Positions 1-7,772 of a DNA stretch of 17,614 bases are shown here, in pieces; position 1 is the first letter of the stretch, and every line of letters begins with the position of its first letter. The position numbers and the translations under genes are program-made. Below the pieces are notes generated by a model. It was given only the letters and a program-made list of their open reading frames with translations. It was not told the origin of the DNA and searched no databases. The DNA is from a virus. Taxonomy: Duplodnaviria; Heunggongvirae; Uroviricota; Caudoviricetes. Location of the stretch: IMG/VR virus record IMGVR_UViG_2609459833_000015, positions 1 to 17,614 of that record; one strand, 5' to 3'.

Positions 1-393
1 CTAATCATTTTTTACTTTTTTGGGCAGCCAGTCGTCCATCTCCAGCCTTACACCCAGCATCGACAGACATCCGTCAATAAATCCTTCAGCAATCTGCATC
101 TCAATTCGTATTGCCTTTTCGCTCTTCTTTCTTGTTCTGGCAATCTGCCTTTTTGATATGCGCAGCAGATAATGAGCTACCAGCAGCGAATACTCGTCCG
201 GTTTTTTCTTCTTCAGGCGCGTAAGGCAGTTTTCGATGATAAGGCCGTCATCATCGCTGCAGGCCGGGCGAGGTTTAGCGGTGGATGGTAAAAGGCCTTT
301 AAATCCAGCAGCTATCGGAGAATAGTCCACCCCGGTGTTACCACTTGCCGCCCATGCCCCCCAGCGTTCAAGAACCATCTGAATATCACGCAT
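1..393 (-). CDS. Late-gene antitermination protein Q (lambdoid Q family)
   Basis: Translation MRDIQMVLERWGAWAAS... matches my recollection of E. coli prophage Q proteins; ATG at 393 preceded by TTTGTGGAGAAAGTTG (SD GGAG); the track ORF 1..408 begins at a TTG; last gene before the expected late operon. Confidence 0.8.
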   Translation of the reverse strand: MRDIQMVLERWGAWAASGNTGVDYSPIAAGFKGLLPSTAKPRPACSDDDGLIIENCLTRLKKKKPDEYSLLVAHYLLRISKRQIARTRKKSEKAIRIEMQIAEGFIDGCLSMLGVRLEMDDWLPKKVKND

Positions 394-410
394 CAACTTT
401 CTCCACAAAA

Positions 411-1406
411 TCAGGACAGCACACCAATCGCCAGTGCGCGATCGATAAAACGAAATATCAGCTCCAGTTGGGAACCATACTTATCTTCAAATGCCACGGT
501 ATCCACATGCAGTTCGTCATGGTGTTTTCTGCACAACGGCAACACAAAAAGGTCATGCGCTTTTGTCCCCATACCACCCTGGCCGTGACCAATCAGATGA
601 TGCGGATCATCAGCTGGCTTTCCACAACATGCACACGGCTGCGTCTTAACCCAGCGAGTGTACTTTTCATTAACCCAGCGACGACGTTTGGGGCGTAACA
701 TAAAAGACTCCGGCGACTCCGGATCCACTTTCAGCGCCAGCACCTTTTTCGCTTTATCCCGGATAATACTGGTGGCAGTAACCGAAGGTACAAGGTCACT
801 CTCCCGGGTGACAGACGGCAAAACAGGCTTCGGTAATCTCAGGGCCTTACGGGCTGCACTTTCCGGTAAAGCATCCGCCAGGTCATTACGAACCAGCCAC
901 CAGCACAGTTCCGGCATTGTCACGACGTGACTGTCATCAAAACCAAGATCACGGCGCACAACAGACAACACCCAGCGGGCACAGTTATCCGTTGCCATTG
1001 CTTCCAGCCGTTCCGTGAACTGGTCACGGAGAAGATTGTCACAGTGCCAGCACAGACGGATTGCGCCTGGCGCGTGCCGCATTGTGGTCATGTTCTCGCT
1101 GTGCCAGTCGGAATGAGGCCACTGACAGCCCTTTTCACGAAGTAACCAGCTCTCAAGGCATTCCACGCCACCAGCACGACGGATCACCGCCTCATGGCGG
1201 AACACGGCCCGAACGGCAGGATCATCCGCCAGCGGTTGTGATGATGCCGGAACGGCACCACTGGCAAAAGATGAATAACGTTCCGGCTCAGGCTCCAGCA
1301 GGACACGCCCCTGCATAAACAGGGGCATCAGCTCTGAACCTGGCCTGAACAATACGATCCCCATACGCGGGGCGATTTCAGGGGTCAGTAGTGCTCTCAC
1401 GGTCAC
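411..1406 (-). CDS. DUF968-like prophage protein (YdfU-like) with C-terminal Cys/His-rich motif
   Basis: C-terminal CACCGKPADDPHH...LCRKHHDELH motif recalled from DUF968/YdfU proteins; start uncertain (GTG at 1406 one nt after the KilA-N stop, or ATG at 1364). Confidence 0.55.
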   Translation of the reverse strand: MTVRALLTPEIAPRMGIVLFRPGSELMPLFMQGRVLLEPEPERYSSFASGAVPASSQPLADDPAVRAVFRHEAVIRRAGGVECLESWLLREKGCQWPHSDWHSENMTTMRHAPGAIRLCWHCDNLLRDQFTERLEAMATDNCARWVLSVVRRDLGFDDSHVVTMPELCWWLVRNDLADALPESAARKALRLPKPVLPSVTRESDLVPSVTATSIIRDKAKKVLALKVDPESPESFMLRPKRRRWVNEKYTRWVKTQPCACCGKPADDPHHLIGHGQGGMGTKAHDLFVLPLCRKHHDELHVDTVAFEDKYGSQLELIFRFIDRALAIGVLS

Positions 1407-1407
1407 C

Positions 1408-2223
1408 TCAATGAACGGTATCGAGCAGCTTTAACAGCTCAGGGAATCGGGATTCGAAGAAATGCGGCTGCGTCTCGCGCGGATTTGCAGGACTGGTGAT
1501 GTTCTTGCCGAACATGCAGCCTTTCGCCGTCAGCGACCAGAATTTTTTGATGTTGTTAATCCCGGTACGGCTGTATCGTTCGCGTTGTTCAACGATCCCC
1601 AGCTTCGCCATCTGGTGATATGCCTGATTAGCCGTCAGGCGGATACCATACTGCTTCAGCAGTGCACTCAGCGACAGCGTAGGGCGGCTTGAACCATCTG
1701 GCGCATCAGCAGGTGCATCAATGGCATAGATCGGCATAAGTTCAGGAAGACCAGCTACCTTTGATAATTTCTGGTATGCACCAAGTTTCGAGGAGTTTGA
1801 CAGATTTAGAGTCTTTGCTGCTGATTCAAGCAGAATGACCCCGGATTTAATTTTGTCGGATGTGGTTTCTTCTGGTGATGAATTATGAAGCGCATCAAAA
1901 GTACGTATCACTTTTAAGCTGAATGCCGGGCTGATCCACATTGCATATGCATAGACCAGCTCTTTACAGACATACGTCCCACCATTGCGCCCCTGAATGG
2001 TGATGACAGGAATACTACGGGAATCTCCCGTAGTTTCTTCTTCCAATAATTCCACAAGAGCCTTCGTTTCAGGACGACGCATAAACTCGTGAACTTCCAG
2101 CGAACGGGAGGAGCGATTCTCACCAGCGGCAAGAAGAGCAGCTTTCTGAAGGTCGTTAAGACAGTAGTTAGATTCGAAGTACTGGCGCACAGAAACGCCA
2201 TCAATTACAAGCAACTGATTCAT
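1408..2223 (-). CDS. KilA-N domain protein
   Basis: N-terminal IDGVSVRQYF...QGRNGGTYVCKELVYAYAMWISPAFSLKVI fits the KilA-N consensus; ATG at 2223 with SD GGAG in TTTGTGGAGAAACCA; the track ORF extends to a GTG at 2235. Confidence 0.75.
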   Translation of the reverse strand: MNQLLVIDGVSVRQYFESNYCLNDLQKAALLAAGENRSSRSLEVHEFMRRPETKALVELLEEETTGDSRSIPVITIQGRNGGTYVCKELVYAYAMWISPAFSLKVIRTFDALHNSSPEETTSDKIKSGVILLESAAKTLNLSNSSKLGAYQKLSKVAGLPELMPIYAIDAPADAPDGSSRPTLSLSALLKQYGIRLTANQAYHQMAKLGIVEQRERYSRTGINNIKKFWSLTAKGCMFGKNITSPANPRETQPHFFESRFPELLKLLDTVH

Positions 2224-2385
2224 TGGTTTCTCCACAAATTTTTATCCACGAGCGGGACTGCACTCCCTTTTCGTTGATGCAGGATGAACTTACTGCGATT
2301 TTTAATAGTTATCAAGGATACACTGTTCATAAATACAGTATCTTTAACGAGGTAATACCCAAATTTAGGGTGTTGCTCAATTCCG

Positions 2386-2781
2386 TTACCGAGTTGCTAA
2401 TTTGCAACTCGCTTTTTCGTACTTACTGATAGTGATCTCGACCTTCCCTTCCGGGATAACCGGTCCCCACTCCACCAGCATTCTTTTCACCTGGCTGTCG
2501 TCTTCCCACACACCCGCGTGGGTCAGGGCGTCAAACAGCGCCTTGTTATAGTTGTCCAGATCGCGGATCCGGTTATCCGGAGGAAACAACACGATCTCCA
2601 CTGAAGCAGGTGCCGACGTTGGTTTCGGCAGACGACGTAACTGCTCAACTATTGCTGCACACGCCGCGCTCTGGAATTTTCGCCCCGCCGCGCTTATCAG
2701 GCTCTTACCAGCAAACGCCCCTTTGTTGGGGTGTCGCCAGTACGTGTTCACGCTGGGCGGAAAAGGCAGTATTAGCTTCAT
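2386..2781 (-). CDS. rusA: RusA-family Holliday junction resolvase
   Basis: LPFPPSVNTYWRH...RDLDNYNKALFDALTHAGVWEDDSQV resembles RusA (PPS.N.Y, RDLDN, DD motifs); ATGA overlap with the upstream gene stop. Confidence 0.8.
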   Translation of the reverse strand: MKLILPFPPSVNTYWRHPNKGAFAGKSLISAAGRKFQSAACAAIVEQLRRLPKPTSAPASVEIVLFPPDNRIRDLDNYNKALFDALTHAGVWEDDSQVKRMLVEWGPVIPEGKVEITISKYEKASCKLATR

Positions 2782-3104
2782 ACTTTCAGGCCCCTCTCAT
2801 GTAACCAGTGGGCTGCACGCAGCCTGGCGTTTGCCTCACCGGCAAGCAGGGCGCGGATAATCCCGACCGCCTCGCTGTCGTCGTCCTTCACCGCGGTATG
2901 AAGAGTGATACCCCGGGCCACGCCACGCTTTATCGTGATGACACCTTTTTTCTCCAGTGCGCGAAGATGCTCCACCGCTGCATTCACCGAACGGTATCCC
3001 AGCATGGTTGCCACCTCCTGATTGGTTGGCGGGAAGCCACGTTCTTTCTGATAAGAAATCAGCATATCCAGCACCTGCTGCTGGCATTGAGTTAATGTCG
3101 TCAT
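2778..3104 (-). CDS. LexA N-terminal DNA-binding-domain-only protein (no S24 peptidase domain)
   Basis: LTQCQQQVLDMLISYQKERGFPPTNQEVATMLGYRSVNAAVEHLRALEKKGVI parallels the LexA N-terminal winged helix; only 108 aa; ATGA overlap with the Dam stop. Confidence 0.65.
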   Translation of the reverse strand: MTTLTQCQQQVLDMLISYQKERGFPPTNQEVATMLGYRSVNAAVEHLRALEKKGVITIKRGVARGITLHTAVKDDDSEAVGIIRALLAGEANARLRAAHWLHERGLKV

Positions 3105-3754
3105 GCCGCCATCTCCCTGACCAGTTTTTCCGCCTGCTGGCGAACCTGCGCCAGAAATGCCTCACCACATGCCTCAAGTTCATCGCGCCCGATGTAGCTG
3201 ATTGCCGCTCCCTTCCAGGTCTTGTCGAAAACAGCAATAGCACCAGCGAAGAAAGCACCTGTTGGCACCTGCTTTTCGTCTTTCGGGATAAACCAGGCTG
3301 GCAGTTCAAAACCAATACGCCCGCGAATAAAAGCAATATGATCTGCATCTTCCGGCCACCACACTTCGCTGGTGGCCGCTTTGATCAGGAAAACATAGCG
3401 CCCGCCTTTATCACGCATGGCACTGGCATGCTTCATGATGTAACGCATGCCGGTGATGTATTGTCCCTCATGCTGACTGGCGCGGCTGTACGGGGGATTA
3501 CCAAAGGCAGCACCTTTAAGCTCCGCAAGACGTTCTGACCAGTCATGTGCCAGCGCGTTGTCTTCCGCCGTGTAATACGCGGCACATTTGGCGTTATCAC
3601 CGTCAGTAAACAGATCCAGAACAAACGGGCCAAACAGGGTGTTAATTCCCCAGAAAATGTTGTCCGGCGTGCGCCACTGATCGCCCACTTCCTTCAGTTC
3701 ATGGGCTGGTTTGTTCCGTAGTTCCACCAGCGCCTGGCAATATTTATTACTCAT
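3101..3754 (-). CDS. Phage Dam-type DNA N6-adenine methyltransferase
   Basis: NPPY catalytic motif (GNPPYS) and overall similarity to prophage Dam methylases as recalled; ATG at 3754 overlaps the upstream stop (TAATG); the track ORF extends to 3787. Confidence 0.8.
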   Translation of the reverse strand: MSNKYCQALVELRNKPAHELKEVGDQWRTPDNIFWGINTLFGPFVLDLFTDGDNAKCAAYYTAEDNALAHDWSERLAELKGAAFGNPPYSRASQHEGQYITGMRYIMKHASAMRDKGGRYVFLIKAATSEVWWPEDADHIAFIRGRIGFELPAWFIPKDEKQVPTGAFFAGAIAVFDKTWKGAAISYIGRDELEACGEAFLAQVRQQAEKLVREMAA

Positions 3755-4242
3755 TAAGCCCCCACGTAATTCCCTGACAGATACCACTCATCACCCGCTA
3801 CAGCGCGCTTTCTGCTTTTCCGTAAGCACCGCTCACGACGCGCCAGAAAATTGTTTCGTTCTGGCTGGGAGTGGCTTTCACGGAATGCCGCCATCCACAC
3901 GGTTGCAGCACGACGGTATAAGCCCCTGGACTCCAGTTCTTCCGCCTGGCGGGTCAGGCACAAAATCACCCGGGGATCGTTAGTGCCGACATAGAAATTG
4001 CGCACAGGTATGGTTTCAAGAACAGGTTGCAGTTTCTCCTCCTGCGATATCTCAGCCTGGTGTGGGAAATGTCTGCGTGTTTTCCCTTCACAACAGTGAG
4101 CCACACGGCCACTCTGACGTAACTTGCTTGCTGACTGCAGAACGCACTGTCGTGAGTAACCAGCAAAAGCATCCGCAATGTCACCTGAAGTACACCCCGG
4201 ATGGGCTTCAATGAATTTCTGTACATCGTTCATCAGACTCAT
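3754..4242 (-). CDS. PerC/Pch-like domain protein (possible transcriptional regulator); same length as CPS-53 YfdN as I recall it
   Basis: C-terminal LESRGLYRRAATVWMAAFRE...RRERC resembles the PerC-family core motif; start uncertain (ATG 4242, ATG 4233 or GTG 4248); directly coupled to the O-like gene stop. Confidence 0.45.
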   Translation of the reverse strand: MSLMNDVQKFIEAHPGCTSGDIADAFAGYSRQCVLQSASKLRQSGRVAHCCEGKTRRHFPHQAEISQEEKLQPVLETIPVRNFYVGTNDPRVILCLTRQAEELESRGLYRRAATVWMAAFRESHSQPERNNFLARRERCLRKSRKRAVAGDEWYLSGNYVGA

Positions 4243-4244
4243 GA

Positions 4245-5228
4245 TCACCCCCTGAATCCTGTCGGGATCTGGCTGTAGTCCACGTTGTCGTAACTGGCTT
4301 TGAAGTACGGGTCCTCGCGTCTGGCTGCAGATACCGCAGGAACTTCCCAGGATTCTTCGAAATGACGATCCGGACCAAAGAACGTGACAGCCTGTTTCAC
4401 AAATTGTGTGCCGCTATTGCCCATCGCAGATACCCAGCCCGCGTAGCGTTTCACACCTTCCAGCATGGTTTCGGGGTTTACCCCCTCGTTCAAACGGGCT
4501 TTCCAGGCTTTGAAGGCTGCTGATTTTGAATTGCCACCAGCACGTTTGGGATATTCCTGCCAGGCCTGTTCAAATTCCGGTGAATATTCCTGTCGGGCAG
4601 AACGCGCTGGCGCAGACGCGTCAGCGGATGCATCAATAGTGTTTTTAGTCTCCGTTGTAATCTCTGTAGTAATCTCTGTATTTGTATCAACATTCGGCGT
4701 ATCCCCTGTTCCGTTATGACGTCGGGGGGTGTTCCGTTTTAACGTAATAGCTGTATCGCTGATTGCATTATTGCTGTTACTTTCTGGCGAAACAGAAGAA
4801 GGTGTGGTGATGGCCGCAATTGCCTGTGGGTTGATCCCGACAAACAAAATATTGCTGCATTTCACCCCATCGAGCATTTCCACCGTGCGTAAATCCAGAG
4901 TAATAAACCCTGCATCGCGCAGACGCTTCAGCGCATCTGCGGTTTCCCTTTTCCCGAAACCAAACTGCTCAGCAAACGCCTGGTAGCTTCTTTGCAGTTT
5001 GTCGCCCTGAAAACGCTTGCGATATCCCAGCAACGCTCCGGTGTGCTCATCCCTGACCTCTGTCGGGCGGTACCAGTAAACGATCTCTGAAAGCAGAGCG
5101 ATAGCCGTCGCATCCGGACGCCCACTGGGTAGTCGAATATATTTCCACCAGGTCGCAGGTGTAACATTGCCGGAAATATTAATTTGACCAATAGCCATAA
5201 CTTCCGGTGTGGGGGCGTAACGGCTCAT
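4245..5228 (-). CDS. Replication initiation protein (lambda O-like replisome organiser)
   Basis: Position after cro/CII-like genes; two-domain layout with a repeat-encoding linker (TEITTEITTET, DASADASA); strong SD AGGAGG before ATG 5228; C-terminal region resembles the conserved C-terminus of phage replication proteins. Confidence 0.6.
   Translation of the reverse strand: MSRYAPTPEVMAIGQINISGNVTPATWWKYIRLPSGRPDATAIALLSEIVYWYRPTEVRDEHTGALLGYRKRFQGDKLQRSYQAFAEQFGFGKRETADALKRLRDAGFITLDLRTVEMLDGVKCSNILFVGINPQAIAAITTPSSVSPESNSNNAISDTAITLKRNTPRRHNGTGDTPNVDTNTEITTEITTETKNTIDASADASAPARSARQEYSPEFEQAWQEYPKRAGGNSKSAAFKAWKARLNEGVNPETMLEGVKRYAGWVSAMGNSGTQFVKQAVTFFGPDRHFEESWEVPAVSAARREDPYFKASYDNVDYSQIPTGFRG
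4655..4744. repeat. Iteron-like direct repeats inside the O-like gene (candidate replication origin)
   Basis: Tandem 12-mers GTTGTAATCTCT / GTAGTAATCTCT / GTATTTGTATC (4655-4689), plus TGTTCCGTTATGACG (4707-4721) and TGTTCCGTTTTAACG (4730-4744) 23 bp apart. Confidence 0.4.
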
Positions 5229-5524
5229 ACAACCTCCTTCCGCAGCATGAGAATTGTGTAGCCACGCGCAGGTTGTAGTCTGGCTTTTGCATCAATAGTA
5301 AGCGTTGCAATTTTTCGGATATGAAGATAACCAGCTCTTTCCAGTGCCAGGGTTTCCCTGAATATCGCTTGCTTAGAACAACAGCAGAAATCAGCAAGCA
5401 CCTGATGATCAATAACTCTCTCGCCTTCACCGTCTGAAGAACCCGACATCAAAACACGCAACATAATCAGGCGCTGAATCGGGTTATCGAAAGCACATCC
5501 GCACACAAACTGAAAACAGTTCAC
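5225..5524 (-). CDS. Hypothetical protein, possible helix-turn-helix
   Basis: GTG at 5524 preceded by SD GGGAGGTG; stop overlaps the O-like start (ATGA); no family recognised. Confidence 0.4.
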   Translation of the reverse strand: MNCFQFVCGCAFDNPIQRLIMLRVLMSGSSDGEGERVIDHQVLADFCCCSKQAIFRETLALERAGYLHIRKIATLTIDAKARLQPARGYTILMLRKEVV

Positions 5525-5745
5525 GCCACACCTCCCAGACGCTTAAACATTTTTCCGGAGCAAAAGGCTATAAGCGGCATACTGACGCGGTAATTACGGC
5601 CCAGCGGTTCACAAACCACCTTCTGACATTCACGGTCAACCAGGCTGACACGTAGAACATGCCCTGCAGGCGTGGTGTACCACTGACCAGGACGAGGACA
5701 ACGGAAAGTCTGATTGGTAAACCGTTTGAAAATATTCCGGATCAT
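5521..5745 (-). CDS. Hypothetical small Cys-containing protein
   Basis: ATG 5745 overlaps the Rha stop (ATGA); SD AAGGGGG five nt upstream; 74 aa. Confidence 0.4.
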   Translation of the reverse strand: MIRNIFKRFTNQTFRCPRPGQWYTTPAGHVLRVSLVDRECQKVVCEPLGRNYRVSMPLIAFCSGKMFKRLGGVA

Positions 5746-6287
5746 TTGCGCCCCCTTACCTCTGAAGGGTTCAGCGACAAATTTATGAGACTGGCCAGTA
5801 GCGCCGCGTCGTTGATGCGGTCATACAGACTTACAGCCAGCGGGGATTCGGCTTTTGCCAACATGGGATAAAGCTGCTGCAGCCAGACCTGATGAATTGA
5901 TGAAATGTAGGAATAGAGAACGCTGGCGTTATGTGCAACGTCGCTCAGTACAGAGGGATTTGAAAGCTGTTTCTCCATCTGGTTAAAGGCATTGATGTAT
6001 GCCTCTTTGAACTGGGCAGCACGTTTACCCGTGAAGCCCATGGCAAGAAACGCAAAACCGTCGCGGGTGATTTGATAGCAAGGTAGTTTGCGGCCTGTGC
6101 AATCGGTGTAATCACTCACCGAAAAATTGCGGGAAGTGAATGATGCAGAGCATTCAAGCGTGCGGATCTTTTTCAATACATCGTCATGCTGCTTGCAGAA
6201 ATATTCGGCAACGGCCAAAGAAGAAGTAACAGCCTGACCATCAACGATGGCAATTTCAGGTTGAGTGAGGGTTGGGATCGTAGCCAT
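5742..6287 (-). CDS. Rha-family phage regulatory protein
   Basis: FSVSDYTDCTGRKLPCYQITRDGFAFLAMGFTGKRAAQFKEAYINAFNQME matches the Rha family core as recalled; ATG 6287 with SD GGAGG; the track ORF 5742..6485 has a non-conserved N-terminal extension. Confidence 0.85.
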   Translation of the reverse strand: MATIPTLTQPEIAIVDGQAVTSSLAVAEYFCKQHDDVLKKIRTLECSASFTSRNFSVSDYTDCTGRKLPCYQITRDGFAFLAMGFTGKRAAQFKEAYINAFNQMEKQLSNPSVLSDVAHNASVLYSYISSIHQVWLQQLYPMLAKAESPLAVSLYDRINDAALLASLINLSLNPSEVRGRK

Positions 6288-6487
6288 GATGGCAGCCTCC
6301 GTTGACTGTGGAAAACTTCCACCACCGGAGCTGCGAAACACACAGGTGGCAGACGTACAGGGTTCGCGTACCGGCGTCAACAGACACCGGCGAGCCTTTC
6401 GGCTCCCCTGCACACCCCACCATAATTCTGGAGTGAGGAAACGCGCGCAAAAAAACCGCTGAAGCGTCATATATCGCATTGACAATT

Positions 6488-6883
6488 TCAGGACGCCAAT
6501 CCCGGCACCCGCTTTATAAGGTGCAGAGCAGTGTAACGTCCCGAAATTGCAGAATCAATATGCTGGTGGTCCTTCACACTCAACAAAATCACGCCTGAAT
6601 TTCCACAAAGGACTAAAGCACTCATGCGGGTAGTCTTTGCGAAGATAGATAACGCGCTGTGTTTCTGGCTCCCAACGAATAACATGGACATAAAGCCCTC
6701 TTCCGTCACGAAACCAGCGGTTAAGTTCCTGCACAACTCGCCCCCCACAGTCAGGTAAAGTTCTCTGTGGTTACTTACAGCCAGGTGATTTGGTAATCTG
6801 CATTCATGCCGTAACAACAGGTGTTCAGCGACGCTGACCACCAGCTGTTGCGACAAACGGTTATTTGCCGTTAAACTATTCAT
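6488..6883 (-). CDS. Hypothetical protein
   Basis: ATG 6883 overlaps the upstream stop (ATGA); SD GGAG in TGTGGAGAAACTAACGC; no family recognised. Confidence 0.35.
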   Translation of the reverse strand: MNSLTANNRLSQQLVVSVAEHLLLRHECRLPNHLAVSNHRELYLTVGGELCRNLTAGFVTEEGFMSMLFVGSQKHSALSIFAKTTRMSALVLCGNSGVILLSVKDHQHIDSAISGRYTALHLIKRVPGLAS

Positions 6884-7494
6884 GCGTTAGTTTCTCCACA
6901 ACCAGAAGCAATCGACGCCACGACGCCCGGAGCTGCACACTCGCGGGCGTTACTATTTTCTGGAGCGCAGAAGATTTTGTAGACCAGTGCTGCATGCTCC
7001 TGGAGCTTCGAAATTGAGAGGTACAGCTCGTCGTTAATTGCTGTCTTCTCATGCGGTTCCACTACACCGTCTTCGATTGCTGAACGAATCTGTCTGGAAT
7101 AACTGCCGATCTGTTCAATGACTTCCAGCAGACGCTGGTTAATATCGGCGTTGTCCACATCCTCGACGTCAGGAAGAGACACAAAGACGCCATTTGCAGA
7201 CTGCGCCACAGCGTCAGCAATGAAGTGAGTTCCACCAGCACGTTGTAAAATCATTGCCCATCCCAGCGGGAAAATCTGATCGCCATCGGCACGAAGGCGA
7301 TTGAATAAAGCGTTCTCTGTTACATCCAGCCAGTCAGCTGCTTCAGCGTAACCACCCGGCAACGCTGCGATAGTTTTTCTGACAGCTTTCACGTACCACT
7401 CAGGCTGTTTTTCTACTTTCCAGTGATGCTTACCCACGGTTAGCCTCATCGTTCTGTGGTTTCTGTTAATCGATTTATCCATTAGATTTTTCAT
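6880..7494 (-). CDS. Putative CII-like lysogeny regulator (CP76/YdaT-like)
   Basis: Immediately downstream of the cro-like gene; LDVTENALFNRLRADGDQIFPLGWAMIL region resembles phage regulatory CII (CP76) proteins as recalled; start ambiguous (ATG 7494, 7482 or 7449; the track ORF starts at GTG 7551 and overlaps cro). Confidence 0.45.
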   Translation of the reverse strand: MKNLMDKSINRNHRTMRLTVGKHHWKVEKQPEWYVKAVRKTIAALPGGYAEAADWLDVTENALFNRLRADGDQIFPLGWAMILQRAGGTHFIADAVAQSANGVFVSLPDVEDVDNADINQRLLEVIEQIGSYSRQIRSAIEDGVVEPHEKTAINDELYLSISKLQEHAALVYKIFCAPENSNARECAAPGVVASIASGCGETNA

Positions 7495-7675
7495 AAAGCT
7501 CAGGTTTAAATGGCAACCGTCCGCAAGTTCTATATGCAGCTTCTGCTGCACGTCCTTTTGGAATTAACTGGCCCGGACGGTTTCGCCACTGATAAACGGC
7601 TTCAGTTGTTATGCCGAAAAAAGCAGCAACTTTCTCAATACTGCCGAAGTAGCTTTCGATATCGTCAGTTGTCAT
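7475..7675 (-). CDS. Cro-like HTH regulator (YdaS/Cro family)
   Basis: 66 aa; HTH VAAFFGITTEAVYQWRNR; divergent from the CI repressor; SD GGAGGG before ATG 7675. Confidence 0.7.
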   Translation of the reverse strand: MTTDDIESYFGSIEKVAAFFGITTEAVYQWRNRPGQLIPKGRAAEAAYRTCGRLPFKPELYEKSNG

Positions 7676-7772
7676 ACGCCCTCCAAACTAAGTTTTATTA
7701 GATGCTAATTACAAATCTATCTTTGGTCAATAAAAACTAAGATTACTTAGCAATTCAAGAAATGGTGCTCCT
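7676..7772. promoter_or_regulatory. Immunity-region divergent promoter/operator region (PR-like leftward, PRM-like rightward)
   Basis: 97-bp AT-rich spacer between divergent cro-like and CI genes; minus-strand TTGACC (complement of 7725-7730) with a possible TAGCAT -10; AACTAAG at 7686-7692 and 7735-7741, and inverted CTAAG-N4-CTTAG at 7737-7750. Confidence 0.55.

Noticed and set aside
1462-2277. Track ORFs 1462..1692 (plus), 1914..2204 (minus, alternative frame) and 2089..2277 (plus)
   Set aside because: All lie inside or antisense to the KilA-N gene, whose frame carries the recognisable domain.
2223-2429. Plus-strand 68-aa ORF in the gap between KilA-N and rusA
   Set aside because: Overlaps the KilA-N start and the rusA 3' end in antisense, lies in an AT-rich regulatory gap, no convincing SD; only the terminator-like hairpin at its end was kept as an observation.
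2836-3538. Long alternative-frame ORFs (2836..3348 minus, 2957..3538 plus, 3433..3633 minus) overlapping the Dam and LexA-like genes
   Set aside because: The Dam methyltransferase and LexA-like frames have recognisable motifs and coupled starts; the overlapping frames give Arg/Gly-rich low-complexity translations.
6256-6462. Track ORFs 6256..6450 (minus) and 6265..6462 (plus)
   Set aside because: Span the Rha start and its upstream non-coding spacer with no start context; the Rha start at 6287 with GGAGG explains the region better.
6479-6520. TTGACA hexamer on the plus strand as a possible promoter
   Set aside because: No acceptable -10 element at 16-18 bp spacing (nearest TATAAG is about 30 bp away), and it would drive antisense transcription.
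6624-6758. Plus-strand 44-codon ORF (MRVVFAKIDNALCFWLPTNNMD...) inside the 131-aa minus-strand gene
   Set aside because: Weak SD, wholly antisense to an ORF that is translationally coupled to the operon; could not distinguish from chance, though the 131-aa gene itself is also low confidence.
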